DNA of 64,000 nt. Origin: Alphaproteobacteria bacterium (GTDB lineage Bacteria > Pseudomonadota > Alphaproteobacteria > JAAXGF01). The DNA lies in the NCBI GenBank assembly GCA_963555825.3, contig CAUVXB020000002.1, positions 288,001-352,000 of the forward strand, written 5' to 3'. The notes under the pieces are model-generated. The model did no database searches and was not told the DNA's origin. It saw only the letters and a program-made list of their open reading frames with translations. A program made the position numbers and the translations under genes. Each line of letters opens with the position of its first letter. The first letter of the stretch is position 1. Shown piece after piece: positions 55,835 to 64,000 of the stretch.

Positions 55835-57476
55835 CCCGCATTTCCCAAGTATCGTCGATATTCAGTGCGGCGAGAAGGCGATTCTGCTATAAGAATCATG
55901 AAGTTGTAGCATACATGGAGCGGCGGATATGGCACACCCGATGGGTGAATCGAAACCGGGGTGCCTTCGGGTCGTTTTTGACCGTCGATTGAAGCTTGAA
56001 TTCCACGGTTCCAAGATCACCTCTGATGCCGGGTTGCTCGCCTACCGGGAGCTTGACGATGCCCTCGGCCTGACTGAGATGGCCGAGGGTGTTTTCCAGG
56101 ATAGCCGTACCGGCAAGAACGGATGGCACGGCATGACGGGTCAGTTTCGCCAGTCCGTTTTCGGGCGCCTTGGCGGCTATGACGATGTGAACGACGCCGA
56201 CCGTCTGGGACGCGATCCCGCCATGCGCTGGATTGTTGGCGGCAAGGCCATCGAAAGACAGGCCGCTTCCACCAGCCAGATGGGACGCTTCGAGACGGAG
56301 CTATTGGCCACCGACGAGAACGTTGAAGCCTTGGTCGACATGAACGGGGTGTGGATCGACAAGGTTCATGACCGCCATCCGCCGAAGATGATCATTCTCG
56401 ACATGGACAGCAGCGTCAGCCCGACCCATGGCGAACAAGAGGGAACAGCGTACAATGGTCACTTCGGCTGTACCTGCTAGCATCCGCTATTCCTGTTCAA
56501 CCAGTTCGGCGACTTGGAGAGATGTTCCCTGCGCCCCGGTAATGTTCACAGTGCCGACGGATGGCGGAATGTTCTGGAGCCGGTGGTGATGCGCTATAAG
56601 GAAAGGAAGGTGCGGCTGTATTTTCGTGGCGATGCCGCCTTCGCCTCACCGGAGATATACGAATATCTCGAAGCCGAGGGATTACTCTACGTCATCCGCC
56701 TCAAAGCGAACGCGATTCTCCAGCGGAACATTGCCCATCTGCTTACGCGACCTGTCGGTCGCCCGCCCGACCATGTTCGCCGTTTCCACGCCAGCTTCAG
56801 CTATCAGGCCGGATCGTGGAACAAGAAGCGCCGTGTCGTGGCCAAAGTGGAGTGGCACCCCGGCGAGCTGGTTCCTCGCGTCGGTTTCATCGTCACTAAT
56901 CTGTCGCGCCCTACCAAGCGGGTGGTGGCGTTCTATAATCACCGTGGCACGGCGGAGCAGCACATCAAGGAAGGCAAGAACGCCATCAACTGGACCCGTC
57001 TGTCATGTCGCAAGTTCCGCAACAATGCCGTTCGGCTCCAGCTTCACGCCCTGGCCTACAATCTGGGCAACTTCATGAGGACACTGGCTTTGCCGAAGGA
57101 GGTGGAGCACTGGTCGATGACGACGTTGCGCGACAAGCTGGTGAAGATCGGGGCCAAGGTTGTCCGACATGGCCGCTACGTTACGTTCCAATTGGCTGAG
57201 GTGGCGGTGCCGAGGGACCTGTTCCGGAAAATCCTGAGCTTGATTGATGATCTGCGACGAAGACCCGCTCCGGCGTAGGCCGAGGGAATCGACGGCGAGG
57301 AGAAAGCGACAGGAGAGGTGTGTCTGGATGGCGAGAAAAATGACCGAGTGGCCTTCCAAGCGCGGGCCGATTACCAAAATCATGCCATCGGATGGCTGCA
57401 TAGGGGATACAGTTCCCTTGGCGGTGGGAAAGTGGTACGATTTCCACGAATTTGGATGGTATATGGGGAATGTCGG
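55835..57476 (+). mobile_element. IS1380-family insertion sequence
   Basis: TIRs cccgcatttcccaa / ccgacattccccat; 5-bp target duplication GATAG at 55830-55834 and 57477-57481. Confidence 0.92.
55929..57278 (+). pseudogene. IS1380 transposase with one in-frame amber stop at 56478-56480
   Basis: TSDAG, LDMDSS, RGD, RG.AEQ.IKEGK; both ORF halves are in the same frame. Confidence 0.88.
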
Positions 57477-57800
57477 GATAGATATCGACGACCTCGTCGG
57501 CCGTCGGCGGCGGGTAAAGGAATACCGTGGCGCAGTGCTCGCAAGCGTAGAGTTCCATGCCCTCGTGCGTGAAGTAGTCGCGGCACTCCATCGTGCGGCA
57601 GACCGGGCAAGCGGGTTCGACGGTCTCGTTGGGCGCCCGGCGGCTCAAGGCGCCACCCGCCGTTCTCCATCTACCAAGGTCATTCGCCATAGTAGGACAG
57701 CGTGAACCGACATTCACGCATCACCTGGGCGACGCGATGCCCGCTGCCGGGACCCGTGGATCGGTGACCGCGAGCGTGCCGACCTGCGTCCCATTATCGA

Positions 57801-58607
57801 TCAGACTGAATTCGAGATGTTCAGCTTCCTGTCATTCGGTGGAATGAACATCTGCTGAAAGGACAGTGGCGCGCCCCGCAGGGTGTGCAACAGGATCTCA
57901 TGCTTGATGGCCGGTGTTTCAGCTGCGCATCCGATGACCTCGGCGATCGCCGGCGGTGGGGTCACAAGCTCGATGTTCTGGGTGAAGCCGAGCGTCGGGC
58001 AGTTGAACCGATCGTGCAAGATCATCCGCAGGTGAAGCTTTTCGAACGTCTCCGGCGCAAAATCGAGAAACGGCCGGAAGCGCGAGCCATCCAGAAAAAA
58101 TTCATTGTAGATGGTAAATTCTCCGGCAACGTCGATATAGCGGACAATGCGGATATAGCTGACCGGTGTGCCTAGGTAGGCCGACCACAGACCCCGCTCA
58201 AATGTCTCCTCGACCGATTTCAGCCTAATATCGAGTGGCAACAGCGATTCGCCGTCATCGGCGATGAACCGGACATGTTTTGGTTCCTGGCCCGGGTCGT
58301 ACGATGTAGCGATCCTCGTACCCTGGCCACGAGTACGCTTGATGATGCCATCGCCCGCCAACCGCCTGAGTGCGATTTGCACAGTCCCAAGGCTGACCGG
58401 AAGAACGGCGGAAATTTCTTTTTCGGTCGGCACGAAATCGCCTGGCCGCCAGTAACCGCTCTCGATCGTCTTGACGAAGGCCTCGCAGCATTTGTCCGCC
58501 TTTCGCCACGGTCTGTCCTTTATCGTGGCATAGGCGTCGGCCAGGGCCTCGAGCCGAATATCCTTGCCAATTCCCGTTTGAATTTCTTCCGTGGCGGTTT
58601 CCGTCAT
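57801..58607 (-). CDS. GntR-family regulator (HutC/UTRA-like)
   Basis: wHTH PTEKE...VSLGTVQ.AL..L..DG...R..G.GT. Confidence 0.85.
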   Translation of the reverse strand: MTETATEEIQTGIGKDIRLEALADAYATIKDRPWRKADKCCEAFVKTIESGYWRPGDFVPTEKEISAVLPVSLGTVQIALRRLAGDGIIKRTRGQGTRIATSYDPGQEPKHVRFIADDGESLLPLDIRLKSVEETFERGLWSAYLGTPVSYIRIVRYIDVAGEFTIYNEFFLDGSRFRPFLDFAPETFEKLHLRMILHDRFNCPTLGFTQNIELVTPPPAIAEVIGCAAETPAIKHEILLHTLRGAPLSFQQMFIPPNDRKLNISNSV

Positions 58608-58830
58608 GGCGTGCTCCGCCGCCCGCCTTTCCCCATGCGCCATACAGACATGCCGACCAGGATCAGGAAAACTAGGACGATCGGACTGGTCAGAAAGATC
58701 GTGAAGTCGGACCCGTGCATCAAGATGGACTGGCGCAAGGGCATCTCGAACATCGGCGCCAAAAGCAATCCGATTGGGAGACAAACCATTGGGAATTGCG
58801 TCTCGCGCATGATGTAACAGAACATCCTCA
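58604..58830 (-). pseudogene. C-terminal remnant of a TctA tripartite tricarboxylate transporter permease
   Basis: YIMRETQFP...IGLLLAPMFE..LRQS.L...SDFTIFLTSPI resembles the TctA C-terminus; stop overlaps the gntR ATG. Confidence 0.65.
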
Positions 58831-58925
58831 GCCTCACTTTCGGCATCGATTCGAACCGGTAGGCGATCGAGCTGCCGGGCCTCGGCGGGGTCCGTTTCCC
58901 GTCGCGGAACGCGGCGTGATTCCGC

Positions 58926-59639
58926 TCAGCGCGCCGCGAAGCTTTCGCCCTGGTCGGCCCGGTCGCGCTTATGGCCGGACCAGCTATATTCGAGTTTCCT
59001 GAACCCCCAGAGCATAGTGTAGGTCACGATCAGGTAGAGGATGCCGGCGGTGATATAGATCTCGTAGACCGCGAAGCTGCGGGCGACGATGATTCGCGCC
59101 ACGCCGGTCAGGTCGAGCAGGGTGATGATGCTGACCAGCGAGGTCGACTGGAATAGGAAGATGACCTCGTTGGTGTAGGCTGGCAGGGCCAGGCGGAACG
59201 CCAAGGGCAGGATGATCCGGCGGTAGAGCAGGCTGCGCGACATGCCGCAGGCGCGCGCTGCCTCGACCTCGCCAAAGGGCACGTTCTGAATCGCGCCGCG
59301 CAGGATATAGGCGGTGTAGGCGGCGGTGTTGAGGGTCAGCGACAGCACCGCGCAGAAGTACGGCTCGCGGAAGAAGGTCCACAGCCCGGCGGCTTCGAAG
59401 ACGGCGCGGAACTGGCCGCTGCCGTAGTAGATCAGGAATATCTGCACCAGCAGCGGCGTCCCCCGGAAGTAAAACACATAGGCGCGCACCGGCAGCGAGA
59501 GCAGCGGGTTGCGGGCCAGATAGAGGATCGCCAGCGGCACCGCGAAGCACAACCCGATGACGACGCTGATCGCGGTGAGCTCGATGGTCAGCCAGCCGCC
59601 CTTGAGCAGGCGGGGCATGCTGTCCCAAATGAGTTCCAT
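58926..59639 (-). CDS. Polar amino acid ABC permease (HisM-like)
   Basis: FRGTPLLVQ, EAARACGM. Confidence 0.93.
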   Translation of the reverse strand: MELIWDSMPRLLKGGWLTIELTAISVVIGLCFAVPLAILYLARNPLLSLPVRAYVFYFRGTPLLVQIFLIYYGSGQFRAVFEAAGLWTFFREPYFCAVLSLTLNTAAYTAYILRGAIQNVPFGEVEAARACGMSRSLLYRRIILPLAFRLALPAYTNEVIFLFQSTSLVSIITLLDLTGVARIIVARSFAVYEIYITAGILYLIVTYTMLWGFRKLEYSWSGHKRDRADQGESFAAR

Positions 59640-59660
59640 ATCGGCTCGGCCTCCCCCGCC

Positions 59661-60350
59661 TCAGGCCTGGCGGATGCCGCGCGAGGCCCAGGCCTCGGCG
59701 CGCTGCTGCAGCCACATCGAGACGATGGTGATGGCGAGGTACATCAGCGAGGCGGCGAAATAGAAGGTAAAGGGCGTGCGCACGGCGCGCGCCGCGATGT
59801 CGGAGTTGCGCAACAGCTCGGGCAACTGGATGACCGAGATCAGAGCGGTGGCCTTGATCAGCACGATCCAGACGTTGCCCAGACCGGGCAGGGCGAAGCG
59901 CCACATCTGCGGCAGCAACACGCGCCGCGCCACCAGCATCCGGTTCATGCCGATCGCCTGGGCCGCCTCGATCTGGCCCCTGGGTACGGCGAGATAGGCG
60001 CCGCGGAAGACTTCCGTGGCGAAGGCGCCGTAAATGAAGCCGAGCGTTATGAATCCGGCCAGGAAGGGGTTGATGTCGAGGATGATGTCGATGCCGAAGT
60101 TCTCCAGGCTGTCCTGGATCAGGGTCGGCGTGCCATAGTAGACGATCAGGATGAGGATCAGCTCGGGCACGCCGCGGATCACCGTGGTATAGGTGTTCGC
60201 GCTTGCGCGCGCGGCGTTCGACTGGGCCATCTTGCCCCAGGCGCCGACGATGCCGAGAACCAGCGCCAGGCCCATGGCGCAGACCGCCACCGTCAGGGTG
60301 ACCAGCAAGCCGTCCCACAGCATCCAGCCGTAGCCTTGCAGGTCGAGCAT
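59661..60350 (-). CDS. Polar amino acid ABC permease (HisQ-like)
   Basis: RGVPEL, EVFRGA, GQIEAA, ALPGLGN. Confidence 0.93.
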   Translation of the reverse strand: MLDLQGYGWMLWDGLLVTLTVAVCAMGLALVLGIVGAWGKMAQSNAARASANTYTTVIRGVPELILILIVYYGTPTLIQDSLENFGIDIILDINPFLAGFITLGFIYGAFATEVFRGAYLAVPRGQIEAAQAIGMNRMLVARRVLLPQMWRFALPGLGNVWIVLIKATALISVIQLPELLRNSDIAARAVRTPFTFYFAASLMYLAITIVSMWLQQRAEAWASRGIRQA

Positions 60351-60384
60351 CTCTCAGCCTGTCCGAATGAAATTAAACGTCGAA

Positions 60385-60418
60385 GCGCCATGGCCCGTAC
60401 TCGGGCGAGCCATGGCGC
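60385..60418 (-). terminator. Stem-loop after the binding-protein gene (partial terminator or mRNA stabiliser)
   Basis: gcgccatggc...gccatggcgc followed by a T-rich tract on the minus strand. Confidence 0.55.
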
Positions 60419-60445
60419 CTCTCGTCGTGTGTACCGTCGCTTCGA

Positions 60446-61216
60446 TCAGTCGCCGAAGACGTCGAAGTCGAAGTATTTGTCGTTGATCTTCTGGTAGGTG
60501 CCGTCGGCGCGGATCTTATTGATCGCCGCGTCCAACTTCATGCGCAGGTCGTCCTCGCCCTTGCGTATGGCGATGCCGGCGCCGACGCCATGCCACTCGG
60601 GCACGTTGTAGTCGGGGCCGACGAACTCGAAACCCTTGCCCAGGTCGGTTTCGAGGAACCCGTCCATGAGCGCCACCGAGTCCGCGTGGCCGAGATCGAC
60701 CCGGCCCGAGGCGAGATCGGCATTGGCTTCGTCCTGGGTCGCGTAGACCCGGATGTCGAGGCCAGCGAAGTTGTCGCGCAGGAAGTTCTCGTGTGTGGTG
60801 GCGCGCTGCACCGCGACGCTCTTGCCGGAGAGGCCTTCGGGCGTGATGGTGTATCCCGCGCCCACCGGGGCCACGAACTTGGCCGGCGTGTTGTAGTACT
60901 TGCCGGTGAAGTCGACCTTCTTCTTGCGCTCCTCGGTGATCGACATCGAGGCGATGATGGCGTCGTATTTCTTGGCCAGCAGCCCGGGGATCATGCCGTC
61001 CCAGTCTTGGACGACGAACTCGCACTGAAGCCCAGCGGCGTCGCACAGCGCGTTGGCGATGTCGATATCGAAGCCGATCAGATTGCCGTCCGAATCGATC
61101 GAGTTGAACGGCGGATAAGCGCCCTCGGTTCCGATGCGCACGGTCTGTGCCGAAACGCCATTGGCCGCGAAAGCGAAGGCGGCCATCGCGATGACCGCGG
61201 TAACAAGCTTCTTCAT
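60446..61216 (-). CDS. Lys/Arg/Orn-type ABC substrate-binding protein (ArgT/HisJ-like)
   Basis: Signal peptide; EGAYPPF, GFDID, SMSITEER. Confidence 0.92.
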   Translation of the reverse strand: MKKLVTAVIAMAAFAFAANGVSAQTVRIGTEGAYPPFNSIDSDGNLIGFDIDIANALCDAAGLQCEFVVQDWDGMIPGLLAKKYDAIIASMSITEERKKKVDFTGKYYNTPAKFVAPVGAGYTITPEGLSGKSVAVQRATTHENFLRDNFAGLDIRVYATQDEANADLASGRVDLGHADSVALMDGFLETDLGKGFEFVGPDYNVPEWHGVGAGIAIRKGEDDLRMKLDAAINKIRADGTYQKINDKYFDFDVFGD

Positions 61217-61291
61217 GGTCCTACTCCCTAGTGGTGTTGTACCTGGTGGTATGGTGGTTATGTCCTGGTTGAACGGCGCCCCGTCTCGCAC

Positions 61292-62068
61292 CTATTGCAG
61301 ATGCGAGGCCAGGAACTGTCTGAAGCGTTCCGATTTCTGTTTGCCGAAGACCTCCCGCGGCGGGCCTTCCTCCTCGATTCGGCCTTCGTGCAGGAAGACG
61401 GCGTGGTTCGAGACCTCGCGCGCGAAGCCGACCTCGTGGGTCACCACGATCATGGTGCGGCCCTCGGCGGCGAGCTGGCGGATGACCCGCAGCACCTCGC
61501 CGACCAGCTCGGGGTCGAGCGCCGAGGTCGGCTCGTCGAACAGCATGACATCGGGCTCCATGGCGAGCGCCCTGGCGATCGCCGCGCGCTGCTGCTGACC
61601 ACCCGAGAGGTGGGCCGGATAGTCGTCGAGCTTGTCGTCGAGGCCAACCTTGGTCAGCACCTCCCTGGCCTTCGCGTTGGCCTCGGCCTTGGGCACCTTT
61701 TGCACGTGGATCGGCGCCTCGATGACGTTCTGCAGCACGGTCATGTGGGACCACAGGTTGAACTGCTGGAACACCATGCCGATGCGCGAGCGGATGCGGT
61801 CGACTTGGTCGTGGTCCTCGGGCGCCGCCTTGCCGGCCTTTTCGTGGGTCATGCGAATCAGCTCGCCACGGACGTAGACCTGGCCCGAATCCGGCGTCTC
61901 GAGCAGATTGATGCAGCGCAGGAAGGTGCTCTTGCCCGAGCCGCTGGAACCCAGCATGGCGATGACGTCGCCCTCATTGGCGGTCAGCGAGACGCCCTTG
62001 AGCACCTCGAGCGCGCCGAAGCTTTTGTGCATATCCTCGACCACGAGCGCGGGCGTCGCCTCGGTCAC
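61292..62068 (-). CDS. Polar amino acid ABC ATPase (HisP-like)
   Basis: GSSGSGKST, LSGGQQQR, DEPTSALDPEL. Confidence 0.94.
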   Translation of the reverse strand: MTEATPALVVEDMHKSFGALEVLKGVSLTANEGDVIAMLGSSGSGKSTFLRCINLLETPDSGQVYVRGELIRMTHEKAGKAAPEDHDQVDRIRSRIGMVFQQFNLWSHMTVLQNVIEAPIHVQKVPKAEANAKAREVLTKVGLDDKLDDYPAHLSGGQQQRAAIARALAMEPDVMLFDEPTSALDPELVGEVLRVIRQLAAEGRTMIVVTHEVGFAREVSNHAVFLHEGRIEEEGPPREVFGKQKSERFRQFLASHLQ

Positions 62069-62147
62069 GCCGTTTCCTTCCCGGATGGAACTCGAACGCG
62101 CGACGTTAGAAGCCCCGCGCGTGCGAGGCAACTTGTTTTCCCGCCAG

Positions 62148-62186
62148 ACAAACGAAGGGCCGGCACGCGCTCAGCGCACCGGCCCC
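62148..62186 (-). terminator. Probable intrinsic terminator after the polyamine-binding gene
   Basis: gggccgg...ccggccc stem followed by ttcgtttgt on the minus strand. Confidence 0.55.
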
Positions 62187-62207
62187 AGATGACCATTCGT
62201 AGCCGGA

Positions 62208-62944
62208 CTAGAAGCCGGCTTTGATCTCCTCGAACAGGGTGATGTACTTCTCGCGCACCGCCGGGTCGATCTCCTCGAAGTACTTGCTGCCCTCGATATG
62301 GCTGACCGGGTCGGAGACGCCGAGTTCGGCGAGGCGTTCCTCGGGCACCAGCCCGAATGCCTTCACGTTCGAGTGGCCGTAGCCGTACTCGTTGATCAGG
62401 AAGGCGCCGACCTCGGGTTCCATGGCGGCGTTGAGGTAATCGTAGACTAGGTCCTCGTCGGCCTCGCCGCTAGAGATCAGCGCGAAACCGCAGACCCAGG
62501 TATAGATGCCTTCCTTGGGCTTCATATACTTGACCGGAATGCCTTCCTTCTTGAGCGCCACGTATGCGTCGTTCCAGGCGTAGGACGCGATCAGCTCGCC
62601 CGAGGCGAGCGCTTGCTGGACCGAGGTCTGGTCGGTCCAGTAGTAGCGCAGGAGTTCTCGCTGCTTGCGCAGCATCACGGTGGCGCGCTCGAGCTCCTCG
62701 TCGGTCATGTTGAACGGGTTCTCCGCGCCGATGACCAGACCGACGACACCCATCACGCCGTCGACCGAATCATAGATGCCGAGCCGGCCCTTGTAGCGTT
62801 CGTCGAAGAGGATCATCCATGACTCCTCCTCGATGTACTCGGGATCGACGAGATCGGTGCGGTACAGCACCGACGAGTTGCCCCAATCCCACGGCACGAA
62901 ATAGTTCTTGCCGTCTGGACCGACGCTGCCGGCCAGCGTCTTAA
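62208..62944 (-). pseudogene. 3' part of a PotD/PotF-like ABC binding protein, interrupted by IS1182
   Basis: VPWDWG, SGE...AW.D, PKEG...W; similarity stops at the TTAA junction. Confidence 0.8.
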
Positions 62945-64000
62945 CAGCCCGTTGACGAAGTCTTCCCTGGACGAAGTCGGCATGGTCTGATTCTCTGGTG
63001 TCCTGGCCTGAAGGGGGGTTCGCTGATGGCGATGGGACAGCAGAAGGATCGTCAGGGGGACTTGATGGTGAGCTGGTCGGAGATGCCGCGCTCGCCAGGT
63101 CATGTATTTTACGACCGCCTGCAGTTGGTACTGATCGAGGGCGGCTTCGACGGCTTCGCCGAGGCGGTCTGCCAGCCCTATTACGCGGCCAGGATGGGGG
63201 CGCCTTCGGTGCCACCCGGGCGCTACTTCCGTATGCACCTGGTGGGCTACTTCGAGGGTATCGACTCTGAGCGTGGGCTGGAGTGGCGGTGCTCGGATTC
63301 CCTGTCGCTACGGGAGTTCCTGCTGTTGGAGAGGCGGGAACGGGTGCCGGACCATTCCTGGCTGTCACGGACCCGCGCGCGCCTGCCCCATGAAGTCCAC
63401 ACGGCGGTGTTTGACTGGGTCCTGGCGCTGATCGCCGAGGCGGGTCTGGTGAAGGGCGAGCGCATCGGGGTGGATGCCTCGACCATGGAGGCCAACGCGG
63501 CGCTGCGCAACATCGTGCGGAGGGACACGGGCGAGGGTTACCGGGGGATGCTGGAGCGCTTGGCCCAGGAGAGCGGTATCGAGACACCCACGGCTGAGGA
63601 CCTGGCGCGTCTGGACCGCAAGCGCAAGGGCAAGAAGCTCTCGAACCAGGACTGGGTTTCCAGGAGCGACCCCGAGGCCAAGATCGCCAAGATGAAGGAC
63701 GGCACCACGCACCTGGCCTACAAGCCCGAGCACGCGGTGGATCTGGACACCGGCGCGGTGGTGGCGGCGGAGCTGCACCCGGCCGACGAGGGCGATACGA
63801 CAACGCTTCCCAAGACCCTGGCGGCGGCCGAGGCAAACCTCGAGGCGGTGGATGTGGCGCCGACGGCCGAAGATCCGGCCGAATGTGTGACCGATAAGGG
63901 CTACCACTCACGGTTGGTCTTGAAGGCGCTCGACGACGGCCCCTGGAAGAGCCGGATCTCCGAGCCCAAGCAGAAGGGTTTTGCGCGCTGGCACGGAGAT
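62945..64000 (+). mobile_element. IS1182-family element, runs off the window
   Basis: End CAGCCCGTTGA follows TTAA; transposase starts just inside. Confidence 0.8.
63026..64000 (+). CDS. IS1182-family transposase (partial)
   Basis: MAMGQQ..., GIDSER, PDHS.LS..R, VDAST..ANA, DPEA, DKGY. Confidence 0.85.
   Translation, partial: MAMGQQKDRQGDLMVSWSEMPRSPGHVFYDRLQLVLIEGGFDGFAEAVCQPYYAARMGAPSVPPGRYFRMHLVGYFEGIDSERGLEWRCSDSLSLREFLLLERRERVPDHSWLSRTRARLPHEVHTAVFDWVLALIAEAGLVKGERIGVDASTMEANAALRNIVRRDTGEGYRGMLERLAQESGIETPTAEDLARLDRKRKGKKLSNQDWVSRSDPEAKIAKMKDGTTHLAYKPEHAVDLDTGAVVAAELHPADEGDTTTLPKTLAAAEANLEAVDVAPTAEDPAECVTDKGYHSRLVLKALDDGPWKSRISEPKQKGFARWHGD

Larger units (their letters stand above)
55249..57690 (-). 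pseudogene. Class I SAM-dependent methyltransferase with N-terminal CxxC...CxxC, interrupted by IS1380 (start uncertain)
   Basis: Rejoined ...CPVC...CEHC...VVDIY-HDAYDG...LDIGCNGG...EVIEH. Confidence 0.85.

Noticed and set aside
56478-56480. Amber codon as pyrrolysine or programmed readthrough
   Set aside because: One substitution from a Tyr codon in a transposase; no pyl genes seen; nonsense mutation is simpler.
57707-57715. ccgacattc as another IS1380 end
   Set aside because: Only 9 bp match with no extension; compatible with chance.
62208-63911. 567-aa minus-strand ORF as a single protein
   Set aside because: Fortuitous fusion of IS1182 antisense sequence to the 3' part of the interrupted binding-protein gene.

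Overview
High-GC alphaproteobacterial chromosome segment (gene order suggests Rhodospirillales-like; inference). The core is a complete canonical dcw cluster on the minus strand (mraZ rsmH ftsL ftsI murE murF mraY murD ftsW murG murC murB ddl ftsQ ftsA ftsZ lpxC bamD recN ligA). Other core genes are pepP, RNase P RNA (rnpB), an AmpD-type amidase, uup, a djlA-like gene, an EF-G-like paralogue, a Rid protein and a polar amino acid ABC transporter. Five IS families are present (IS630, IS21, IS3-like, IS1380, IS1182); four interrupt genes, three of them with both target duplications visible. Most notable non-standard features: (1) a 543-bp non-coding element between djlA and uup that folds back almost entirely into a branched structure, has CTAG-ended terminal inverted repeats, and has a solo end copy 43 kb away; (2) a chimeric duplication fusing the rnpB promoter and 5' end to the amidase 3' half, with a different cargo module on each side; (3) an integrase-free island bounded by a duplicated 3' end of the rid gene, whose cargo genes are separated by short GTCYGYT...ARCGGAM palindromes; (4) an IS3-like element with a 14-bp target duplication; (5) two LexA-type boxes upstream of mraZ; (6) a perfect (PVASK)6 tandem repeat in FtsZ. 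All calls come from reading the sequence by eye; no searches or folding programs were run.
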